A stretch of 62,717 bases of DNA, counting the filler, from Choristocarpus tenellus KU-1152 (taxonomy: Eukaryota > Protista > Phaeophyceae), in the NCBI GenBank assembly GCA_964200185.2. It is 8 parts of 8 records of this genome, joined end to end, with 100 filler letters (N's around TTAATTAATTAA, not from the genome) between each part and the next. Parts side by side here need not be neighbours in the genome. Positions count along the whole stretch, not along the records: positions 1 to 18,907 come from CAXNAD020000508.1; 7 more parts are not named here. One strand, given 5' to 3'. The translations under genes and the position numbers were made by a program. Each line of letters begins with the position of its first letter. Within the stretch, counting starts at the first letter, position 1. A model generated the notes under the pieces. It made no database searches, was not told the DNA's origin, and was given only the letters and a program-made list of their open reading frames with translations. Below, piece after piece: positions 1-12,500 of the stretch.

Positions 1-582
1 TACGGCAATAACGGGATAATAACAGACAAACATGCTTTCCACAACATGTATCTTAGGGTTGGGGTTAGGGTTACCCTGTATCTTATATATATTATTTTAT
101 TATTATGCCCTCTGACATTTTGCAGATGTGTGAGGGGGAGGGAGACCAATGAAAACTATATACATATGTGAATATAAAATGTCCTAAATATAAGAATACT
201 ATAAGAGATTGCGTGGTAGTATTATTATGTCTTTCACATTTTGGAGAATTGTCACCCAAAAAATCAGTGAAAACCTCTCTCACCAACACTATGCGTTTCT
301 ATAACAAAGTTCCTAACCCTACCATGTGATGTTGTTGATGCCCTTCATCACCAACTCAGTAAAACATATCCTATTTCGTTTACAGGGAAAGCTGACACCT
401 GAATGGTGGTCATCTGTTCGTATTTCTGAGGTCCGATAGGTCTTGTTGAGACCTCAGTTCGGGCTATCTCTTGTTCTCTGAACACTGACATATTGTGGAG
501 AGGGGACCGATACTTGGCACAGGATAGTGCCTATTCCTGGAGGATAATGTTTTGTCCAAGTCTCAACTATACTAATGGGGAT

Positions 583-3500
583 ATGATAAGTGAGGGAACA
601 AATCTCTTGTCCCATGACAGAGTCGACCACACTGCTCAACACTCTACCAGTCATTCTTCTGGAAGGCCACGGAGTCGCTTAAGGACTGGTCTGACGAAAG
701 GTAACCTAGTTGGGGCTGCTATGTTTACCACTGCCCTTGTGGCATTAGTCTACATGTTCGGAGTCATGCAGGACAAGAACCAGGACGCGGTTGGCGACTT
801 AGCCGAGTCACTTGCAGCAGGGAAAGAACTCACCAATATGCCACCGAACCAAAAAAAAGGTGGTCGAGGGTGGACAAAGCCCCACCTTGTGAGTGATGAG
901 GACGCGAAGTTGAACCTTGTGGAAGCATGGGATAAAACGAGGGATGATGCGATGGTGGAGAAGGCCTGGAAGGGGGGAATCGGTGAGACAATAGCTGAGA
1001 AGGATGCGATGGAGGCCAAGCTGATTGAGCTCCAGGGCTCACGCCAACGGCAAGTTCCGGAAGGTGACTACACTCGAGAGGGGAGCCTTTCTGGGGAAAG
1101 GGCGAGTGGATCGCTTGCTGAGGAAAATGGAGCTAAAGAGGGAGATGAGGATTCTCTCGGTGGAAACCTCCCTAACGTTTTTTTCATTCTGATCGATGAC
1201 ATGGGGTATGGGGACATTGGTTACCAGTCATCCGATTTAAAAGAGGTCACACCCAACCTTGATCGACTGGCGTCCGAGGGGGTAAAGGTGAGAAGGTGGG
1301 CAGGGTGTGGGCAGGGTGGATGGGGTCATCCAGATGACATTTGCAATCCAGACTTTAGTCTACGAAGGTAGCATGGGTGGCCAATGATAGGCGAATGCAT
1401 AAAGATAAGAGGGGGTGGTTGTCTAGCGTAATGTGTTCTATGAACAATACCTTTCTGGTGTAAGTATTTGTGTTGTATATGAGTGAACCGTGAGAAAACA
1501 TTGAATAGGGGTGGGCAGGTAGGGCGAGGGAAAAGCTGTAGTCGAGTACTTCAATATGATTAAGAAAGAGTGAAAGATTTGTGTGTGGGGATCAAGTATG
1601 GGATGCAATGTGTGTGTTTAGGATATTGTTTTGACGTTATCACAGTGATGCACAACCAGTACCTAAGCATGCATTATACCTGATCTTGTCCAACATAGCA
1701 CCATAAACATTGTTGGTGCACAATGAGAGTTCTCTCTCATCAAATGCCTGCATTACACTTTGTAGGACACACCGGAGTGTCTTGGGCCTTACAATATTTT
1801 GTTATTTTTCATTTGTGGTTGTGTGGATGTGTTTGGTTCCTCTTTGGCAATGGAAGTCATCTTAGCAAACCACTATTGTACGTCCTAATGTACTCGTATC
1901 GGCAGTCCACTTGTTGTGTTGGAATTTTTGAAGGAAAGCTAATAATTTCCCTCTGATGGCAGCACTGAAATCAGCATATGTTGCCTGATTCGGAATACAG
2001 AAAGATTGATTGTACAAGTATGCTGGTAGTTAGAAGGTAGCAAGGTTTTCGGACTTGGGGAAAGTTTTGTCTCCAAACCAAGGTTCATCCAATGAATATT
2101 ACAGTGTATTTTGCAAATGGTGCGCTGACCATGTGATCCAAAAAGTAAGAGTGGAGAAGAGTTGGTGAATCTGCTTAGTCTTACTCGCCTAACTTGCACT
2201 CATGGTGTGGCCTTGGTTATATGTTGCAGTATCATTGACATACAGGCAAATCCTGGTCCTATAACTTTGTTAAAGACAAAACACAAATAAGAGGTGAACA
2301 GGGGGCACTTCTGTACATAGAGTGCTCTGAAGACTTTTGCTAAGGTATCAAGACTTTAACGGTTAGGGCTAGGCCAAGGAATTTCACTATCAATCGGAGG
2401 GGCTTTGTTCCATTGGATATCATCATAGTTTGGTATGGAGTGTTTTTTGTATTTTGTTGTATTCAACAGTATTTGAAGTTTAATATTGGTATTTTTGAGA
2501 CAGTTTTGTTTATTGCATAGATGATTCCGTTGTTGTTAACACTTTAGAACACCCCCCATGCTTTGTCGCTTGCATATTATTGATAGCCTTAAATGGCCTC
2601 GCTTTATTCCAATCCACATATGCCGCCTCTTACCACTGGCTTATGCCCTGGCATCAGCATCTTAGGTGAATATGTAGCTATGTATATCAGACGTACGAAA
2701 GGTTGCATAATTAAGACAAGGTTTGATTTATCATATTTATCAATACCTCCCAAGGTGTGGAACCCCCCTTCTTTTTGGTTCTTTCCAAAAAGAAGCCAAG
2801 TTTGTACATAGAACACCTGTTCTTGCCTGTTTGGATGTATTTTCGTGTAAGAGCAAAGCCCATACGCTGTAATGTAAGTTCACATGTATGGGAAGAGTGG
2901 TCTCACTCTGTTGATATATTAGACCAATGCCAACCTTTTCTGACAGATGACACTGTCTGAGGTGGAGCTCTCTATTAGCCTCACAAGGGGTTCTTGCTTC
3001 AACTTCCCTCCTCCCACTCAATCGCTAACCCTTTCTTCTGCAAAGCCTCTCTATTCCCACAGATGATGAATCGGTAGTGGTGTCACAAGGCCATATTTGA
3101 TCTCCTTATCAATTGTAAATATATTGCTAACCCTAACCCTAACCCTAACCCCCCAGCTGACCAACTACTACAGCATGCACCTGTGTACACCAGCTAGGTC
3201 AGCCCTCATGACTGGCCGCTATCCTGTACGATATGGATTCCAGTATAGTGTTATTCAACCTGCAGAGACATGGGGATTGCCACTGTGGGAAAAGGTTTGT
3301 GTGTGTGTGTGTGTGCTAAGTACTTTTGGGGTTGTGCGTCCAAGGTATACTCCTTTTGACTCTGAAATCAAGAAGCTGGATTTGTTAGATTTGGGTGCAG
3401 AACCTTTTGCTGTCTGTGTGTGTGATATATGGTGTTGATTGAACTCTGTAGCCATATTGTGCACTCTGTGACCTCGTGGTTGTGAGGATTGTGAGTTATG

Positions 3501-6500
3501 GAAGAAGAGAAGCTATAGGTATGTATCTTTACACAAACAATTTATTGTGAAGTGAAGTGGAGAGTTTCATTTGCACAGGGACTGCCTTGTACTTTTTGGG
3601 TTTGAGCAGGAACATTGCAGATTTTTCATGCACTTCCTAGACACACAGATATGGTGACCCCCCCAAATATCTCTGTTCCTGGATAGCTGTTGTGGTCATT
3701 GCCACAATCTATTTTACTCAATTGCAAGCTGCAGGATCTAGTTGAAGCACCTGGAGGTCGAACCATTCTTACTGAAAAAATGCATGTGTATGCTGATCGC
3801 CTTAACTATCTTTTAAGGTGAAAGGGAAGAGGGTCAGTATGACTGTAGGGCATCTTCTGTATAACGTATGTTGTGAAGCTTGTGCTGTGAAAGCATACAT
3901 CGTTGAGTGCATCTTACTCTAGACTTGAATGACCACACCTGTTTGTTGTCTGCATGGTTCTGTACTTGAATGTCGCCTGTCTGTGCTGTAAACATTTATT
4001 CTTTCAGGCCAGGAAGGTTCATTGATCACTTTTTGGTTACTCTCTTTTGTTTTTCAAGTAGTGTATGACAAGCCAAGGTACATTTTCTTTTTTTGTGTGT
4101 AACCGTAATCTAAATACTAACTATTATTCTGATCAAATTTTCCATCTCTCATCTTATTCTTCTCCACTCTTAATCAGATCATGCCCCAGTACTTCAATGA
4201 TGCAGGTTACATCAGTCACATGGTGGGCAAGTGGCACCTGGGGTCCTATGATGATGACTACACTCCCTACAACCGGGGCTTTGATACCTTTGTGGGATTC
4301 CTTAATGACGAGGAAGACTACTGGACACACCAGGTAGGAGTACAGATTATTATACTAACCCTAACCCTAACAGATTGTTACATGGTGTAGAATCTGATCC
4401 ATGGAAGTTTTCTGTTTCAACACTATCCAGAACATATGGGGATGGAATGGTTCACTTGATATGAAATTCTATTGAAAGATGTTTGAAGGGTTGATACAAA
4501 GAGCTGTTGTGGGTGGTGTTATCAGCTCCACTGATAGAAGTCACGCAGGGGTATGGCAACGCCTTCCAAATTTTTCTTTGTGGTGTTACCCTTGGCATTA
4601 TTTTCAGGTATTTTTTGAATATTGGTATTAGCTGGAAAAATTTGGAGCTTGTTTGGATGTGAATGCATGTTTTCTGTTGTTCAAGGAATCATTTTTGGGA
4701 AAAGCATGCTGGTAGGTCTTTGTTTACCTCAATTCACTCAGGCAGTGGTGCTGTTACCTTTTTTTCTTTTTCTGTAGTGAAGACCTTGATTCTTGATGTA
4801 TCACCCCACCACAGCAGAGTTCCTGTCTCTCTTAGTTTTACCAGAAAATTTTGTTTTGAAGAAGGCGACTACGCTTCCAGCATGTTGTCATACAGTAAAC
4901 TCCCTTCTGTTTTTTTTGTGTAGTGGCATTTGTATTAAAGAATAATTTAACAAATGTATGGAGAATTTTTTTTTGTAGAAAAACCTTGAGCATTGTAGAA
5001 AAGGCACAACATTGTTCGTACTGATGGCTCACTTAGTGCACTTCTAGCAATTTTTTGGTTCTTTGGGACGAACTGTGTCACTTGTTTTTGAATCTATTTT
5101 AGTACCACTCTAGATCACGTGCAACTTGTGCAGTAGACAAATACGAACTGCTATGGCATATTCTTTTTGCTCTTGCTGATTCACTCAACCTGACCTGACC
5201 CTCTCACTAATCCTTTCTCTGGGTTGATGGATGGATGGATGATGGATGATGGATGGTTGGTCATCTGAAGAGCTTCAGCAATACACTTGATGGAAGGATG
5301 TTCTTTGACTTTGGCTACGGGGATGGCAATGGGTACCAGGACATGACTCTGCGTGAGGATGATGACCCTGAAGAGTTCAGCAGTTACATTGGACGGTACT
5401 CCACTGATGTCTTCACCGAACGTGCTGAAGAGGTAGTGGAGGGTGGCAGAGAGTAGAAGGGGAGTGAAGAGGTGGCAGAGAGTATTCTTTATCTATATGG
5501 TGGATGTTTTGTGTGTTTGTCTGGGGGTTTTGTATGTGGAGGCAATTTTTGTTATTCTGACATTCAATGCCCTGATTGTCACGTTCTGTTTTATTTTTTC
5601 TTATTCCTATTGATTGCCCTTGTATGCGCAGTGGTGGTTACATTTCATGTGTCTATTGAGTTGCATGCAATGCAAGGGTTGCATGTAAACGTTTTTCCTC
5701 ATCCCATGTTGAGTACTTGGAAAATGTAACATTTGTATGTATGAGGAAACTGATGAAGATGATAGGTAAGTGCTGACAGAATTATTCCTCAGTGTATATA
5801 TAGATCCTGTAGGTACATAGCAGAGTGTAAATTTTCACTTGAATTGAGTTGAAAGCAGCGTTTTTTTAGTGAATTCTTAAACTACCACTAACAAAATTTG
5901 TTGTATTTGACAGACTAAAGTATGATCATTTCTCCCCCCCTTCCATGGATGTTCCCTATTTTGACCTCTCAGTTAGCTTTGGCCCTAGCCCTATCTCTAT
6001 CCCATACCCTAATATTGACCTTTCCAAAAAAATGAACAAATCCTTACTGCAGATTTTGATGAACAAGGACCCGTTTGATGAAAGCCCGCTCTTCATGTAT
6101 ATAGCTTATCAGGCAGTGCATGACCCGCTAGGGCCACCTCCAGATGGTGTGTTTGATTCTCAACGCTTTCTCCTTCTACTCCACATGCATGCAGTAATAG
6201 TACGAGTGTGGGTGGGTTTTGATTCCCGTGTGTATATGTTTTCAATAGTTTTGTGTGTGTTCAATATTCTCATGTGTGACTGAAACCACCATACATGGTA
6301 GTCTTCTCATGACTTCGGATAGGAGACTGTTTTTCTAATCTATTTGCTTGTCACCCTTATTATTGTTGACTCAGACCCACATTACACACACCTACTACAA
6401 CAACCTTGGTGACTATTGTGTAGTATTTATTAATTGCGCAAGTGTGTTAAGTTTCTCCCTCTATTCAGTTATGTACACGAAAACGTTACGAAAATATTGT

Positions 6501-9500
6501 AATGAGGAACGTTATATGCTTGTACCTGTGTGTTCACTAACTTTTTTTAGTTGAAATGAACAAATGGTTGGAATTGCACGTATCCTTGGGTCTTCTGCAC
6601 TTTGTGTGTGAGTGTTTTCCCATCATAGACCAAGAGTTTGCAGGGCTAAGTGATCTCTTTTGGTTCTTACGGACAAGTGTTGTTGTTGTACATCAGTGGT
6701 GATCATACGTATAGAGAAAGATTTCAACAGATTATTCCCCTACAATAATATCATTATGATTAGGATGATAAGAAATGATATCTAATGTAGTATTTAGTAT
6801 ACGCATATAACTTGTTCTGACTGTAGCAAAAAAAATGACATTGGGCACACACACACATACGTTTGGTGGATGGGGCAGATGCCTTCACACGTGAGGAAAG
6901 GGATATCCTGGACCATATCCCAACTAATGACTTGATCAGAAAGAAGTTTGCGGAGGTGCTGATGTACCTTGATAAGCGCATTGGGCAGTTCATCGACAGT
7001 CTCAGTACTCAGGGCTGGCTTGAGAACTCATTGGTAGTTGTAGCCAGTGACAATGGGGGCTGTCCAACTTCGGGGAGTACTAACTATCCCCTACGGGGTG
7101 CCAAGCGTCAGTATTTCGAGGGTGGGATCAAGGTGGGGCCATTTTTCTCGTTGATATTAATATTATTGCTGTTGTCTTAATGGGGGTTGTGTGTGTGTTG
7201 TTTGTCTTGAGTTTTTTTTGGTTAAGATTTTCTTGCTATTCTGTGTGTCTACTGTACATATGTGTGAGAGTCTTAGATGCAGTGTTTCTTGTTCAAGAGG
7301 TTTTATTCCTCTGAGTACATCAGGCTGGTGTGTTTGTAATGACAACTATGGGGATATCAGGTGCATGTGCTTCGAGGGTGAGATGACTGTGATGGTGTCT
7401 GTGTGTTGTATCGTTTTTTCTAAATATTCTATACAGCGATGTCTTTTTTGAACTTCGTTTAACCATGCTGTCTATACTTGTAATGACTGCAGTATGAAGA
7501 AATTATGCCATCCCTTGTTTCTAACTCTAGCAGTGGATCTGGTAGCACTCCTTAACCTCATCCCTAATACCTCTGTATGCTACGGCATTTCCTTGTACTA
7601 GTAGTGTAGCCCACCCTAACCCTATGTATGATAAATATGCTCTACGCATACATAATCTAAGGATCGTATTGCCCCTGAGATGTGAGTTGCTAACTGCTTG
7701 TTGGCATTTATTTGTCCACTTCACTTGCATTGCCAGCCCCCTATACACCCCAATTCTGACAAACAATAGCCTTAAGAGTCGAGATAACCATGACATCTCT
7801 AGCATCTTATCTGTTGGTTTTTGCATGGGCATTGTTATGCATTAGGTGCCTGCCTTTGTGTACTCCCAGAGTCACATTCCCCTTGATCATAGAGGAATAG
7901 AATACAACAAGCTCATGCACGTCACGGACTGGCTGCCTACGTTTGCCTCAGCTTTGGGATGGAATACTACAGAGGGCATGTGAGGTTTGGGGTAGATTTC
8001 ACTTCTTTTTTTCAGGGTGGGGGGGGGGGGTGGCAATTTGGTATAGCATTTCCTATTGGTGTGTGTGCGTCGTTCAAGTCTTGCAGATAGGTACCACATG
8101 AGGTCATCGTTTGACATCATTTCAAAGTCCTTAATTTTGATTATGGTGTTTACACAATAAGAACGAATAGACTGATTACCTCACCTGAGGTTACAGGGTA
8201 CCACTATTGTCAAAGAACATTTGACATTAGCAATCAGATTAGTTGCACTCATTTTCAATGGTTTTTCAGTGTGGTGTGTTCTGTGCACAAGGACTTCAGA
8301 CCTAGCATAATTTGTGATGAGGAGGATACTTCCAAGGTACTTACACAACATACTTACAGTGGAGTAGACCCCTATCACAATGTCAAAGATTTAATGGTTA
8401 CACTTAGTTATGTGCAATATAGGCTAAGTAGTCTATATGGTTTATATATGCTTAGTGACCAGTACTATACAACAGAAATGTTGACTGAGTGGAGAAAGTG
8501 TCAATGACTTGTTTCCGTGTGCTTGAGTAATAGGTTCGAATCTTGGTGGATTGATTTTTTATTACGTAATGTAAGTGGTTAACGGAGGATATGTCTGCTG
8601 ACGTGCGCAATAAGTAACGAGGCAGAGCACCCCCGCCCCACCTTGAGGGATGGATGTCCATGTGCTCACTCCGCTAACAAATACATCCGTACCACACAAA
8701 GCAAAGACTCTATTGGAATAGCTCTCTTTTGCATGGGTTGAGTCTGGATCTAGTAGGCCAATCTATTCCTTTTGATGTGTGCTACTTACTACCATCGGGC
8801 AGAGGATGTGTGTATCATTCTTACTCTATGAGTAGAGTTATGTATTGACGGGTGATTTGGCTGAAGAAATGACAATATGCTCTTATTGATATGTTGATTG
8901 GATGAAGGATGGACGGGTGGATGCTCTTTTCGTTCAATTTTACTGTCTAGACTGATGTTACTAAAGAGGGAAGTACTAATCAGGATTTTCATCTCACTTT
9001 CTTGTTACTTACCAAAATTCATTTTTTGTGGAATGCTGTTCAATCGGCCACCTCTAGTTGCAATTCTCTTATTCTATATGTCATGCTTACTTATGATGAT
9101 GCGATGGGGTGAAGGCTTATGATTTCAGCTTCTAGTCAGTGTAGCACTTGATAACTATCTCTAAATATTCAGCTGTTGGTGTCCGAATAAATGTGAGGGG
9201 GCCTTTTTGGAGGTCCTGATCAGTGTCGGATTTTTCTAGATCGCACAAGGAAAGTACAGAAGACTATACTTGGTGGTTTGGGAGAGTGAGAGTAGACAAA
9301 CAAGTTTGATTTCTTCCCGAAAAAGCCAATGTTGACTTATCGTCGCCCCAAGGAAGGGGTCTATAGATGGCGAATGACAGAAGTAAGAGGTTGAAAGGGT
9401 CAGCCTTAGAGGCACCGGCAGATGTGGAGACTCTGCAAAAAACAGGGGTAGTCTGAAGAAAGACCATGCAAGGGCCTGGATGGCTGCAGCGAGGAATAAA

Positions 9501-12500
9501 TGGGTGGAGTGACTCTTCAAACATAATTCTCAAGAGGTTAGGGAAGCTGATGCCAAGGAGCAAGTGGAGAAACTCAAGTAGGTCAGTGGAGAGGTGTTTT
9601 TCAACCGGTAGGCAGGTATTCTGCTGATTCTGTACTACCAATTTGTTGTCCACAACCATATGGGCCAAACTGAGGCGGTGTAGGCTGTCCACCTGGGAGG
9701 AGGAGTGGGATACGACAAGATTTTCCACATCTTGATTACTTGGAGAAAAGGAAGGTCTATTGCACCTCTGGGGCTGGTAGGGGGATTTTCACGTGGACTC
9801 CGATAAGAAGTGCAGGTCCTTCCTACCACTCGACAAGATGTAACTCTTGATCTTTACATAGTACTTGTTGGGAAATGTGGTCTTCCGTCAGGATTTGGTG
9901 ACTTTCATAAAGACAACATGTAGTGTGAAACTCTTGTTGAGGGATACCATCTTGAAGTGCTTTTCCGTTGTGCGGATACGGGGCCGAATCAAGACACCAC
10001 CTCTGACAGAGGAAAGCAAAGCACTTGTTTGCAGGTTCCTGGTGGAATACTGTGCGGCCCTTGAGGGGGAAGGTGAAGGGACCGCTGTGGTTGTCTACGC
10101 ACTCAAATGGTTTTGCCATCAGCTGCATGTTTCGACATACTCCTACTTTAAGATACAGGGTAATACAGTCAAGGTTGATGATGGGATGGGACGGGCCACT
10201 GCAAAGGGACTGAGGCTGATCATGGTGATGGTCATCACAAAGGATGGCCCATTGTTTTTGGTGGATGGAGATGGAGTAGCCATCACTGAGGGATGATGGA
10301 ATTTTAGGTTCTTCACCAAGATGACTGAGACAGAGGCAGCAGAATTGTGTTAGAAGGCTGGAACTAGTAAGGGTGATTATGATACGTCGATGGATTATGA
10401 GATGTTTATGCAGTGGATGGTGAAATGCCTTGTTCCTGCATTCATGTCGAGGTACCCTGGGAAGATGATTTTTTGTCTCAACAGTACATTATACCGCCAT
10501 GGGTTTGATAAGGAGGTGAAGTTTCCTGAGCCAAACTCCAAGGGGTAGAACACAGACCTGTGTGCATGTACAAGGATAAAACAATCGAAGTTGAGCGGGG
10601 GGGAGACAGCACAACTTTGAAGTGCCAAATGTGGGAACCTTTTTGAAGGGTAATTCTTGTTATGGGAATGACCTAGTAAGGAGGAGGATGACAATGTGAT
10701 AGGGTCTTTTTTTTAAGTCACCACCCAGCCAAGCTCTTTGAGAGGGCAGCGGCATTACCCAAGTGAGAGGTGAGATAAGGCTGGGGCGGTGCAGTGGCAC
10801 TAAGTGGGATTGCATTAAGGGTGGTTGGAAACCAGCAGACTGTGTCAAGCTGGTTGCCCATGCCCAGAGGGAGATGACAAAATGTATCAAGACAGAAAAC
10901 AAGATCGTGGCAAGAGACATTCAATGTGATGAATGTTCCACACAAGCTGAAAGATACAACCGTGTTGGCGAAATAAATGGATGCTGTCGAGGAGGGAGTA
11001 GATGAGAGGATTTTGGAAGAGGATTATGAGATGGAACTCATGGTGGAAGATGGCAAGAATGCGAATGTGAAGCTGACAATTCTGATCCCTGTTTTTCAAT
11101 ACTATCAAGAGTCAATCCAGAAACAGATAAAACAATCGAGGATGAGTGAAAGTAACAAATACCCCAAAAACATTTGTAATTCCGTTCGAGGGATAATGCA
11201 CCCTATTGCACACTGTATTGTGAATTGAAGGTGCTCCTACAGCTTGATTAAAATGCATTAGGACGTCAACTTCCGTTCGATATATATTTGGCAGGATGAA
11301 TTTACCTATGGAAGATTTGACAGTTTGAATGCGTCCAGTCTACTTTGTGGGACTGAAGTATTTTTTCCTAGTTGGACCTAATGCGGAACGTATCTTTGGT
11401 TCCTTGCCATTAGATCTGACTTGGACACACAATTCCAACCATACATGGTTTTTGTCGGTTTACTCAAACTATTTCAGAAGAAAGGTAAGAAATATATCTT
11501 GAATACTACTTCCCTCTGCAATTGTCTACAGTCATGCTCAATGTCTATTAAGAGTTTTGATTACTTGGGGGGGGTGTTATGTCCTAATGTACCATACAGA
11601 ACATCGTTTTGTCATGGTTGCTCACATGTGCAGAAAACATAAACCATAGCTTTGCATGGAAGGTATGATAGCATTCACCTAACCATTTCCATTTCATCCG
11701 TTGTTCTTTTCTCGTTCTGATGCCATACTATAAATACTATAAACTTATGATAGGGCTGGTGAGCTGGATGGTGTGGATCAGTGGCCTTTTGATTACCGTC
11801 CATCAGATGACGTGTATATGGACCCTCGCAGTGAACTACTCTACAATTGGGATGAGTACCAGTGGGACGATGATAAAGGGGGGTGAGCTGGGTAGGGTTA
11901 GGGTTAAGATGGAAGCCATGAAGCATGTTGTTGTCCGGCTATATTTTGACATGTGTGATTATGAGTACCAGCAGACTTGTGAGGAACACAGTGGGGTTGA
12001 TTTTGTCTGTGTTATTTATTTCGGAATGGATTACCTATCCCTAATCACAACCCTGACAAATGGAGTGGAGGTGGATTGGAGGAGGGTTGGAGGAAATCAG
12101 CACAATGGTACATAGATGTCTTTGGCTTGATAGCCTTGGTGTCCACCTACTTATCTCGCTGGAGTCAATTCCCTCTTCATAGGACAACCAAAGAGATTCT
12201 TTTGAAGGACTATATTTGTTGTGGAAAGCGACTCTTTTGGGGCTAGGGTTAGGGTTAGTCTCCAAGTTAGTGGTTTTTGGTGTCCCCAAGTGTGGAATAA
12301 TATTGTAAGGTGTTGTGTTTGTCTCTTCTCTTTTGTGCAGGTTGGTTGAATATCCAGCCAAGGGGGCGTTCAGGTCTGGTGACTGGAAGATGATCTTCAA
12401 TGATTGGTGCACTGGATACTATTCCTTTGACAACACGCTTACGGTAAAGCTGGACCCGCATACTGTTATTGTTGAAACATGATATTATTGCTATTAATAT

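Noticed and set aside
53-72. TTAGGG repeats at the window start as a true telomere
   Set aside because: Only 2-3 units, matching the many short interstitial tracts elsewhere in the window.
8500-8700. GGTTCGAATC B-box suggesting a tRNA or SINE
   Set aside because: No A-box or cloverleaf could be built, and there is no second copy in the window.
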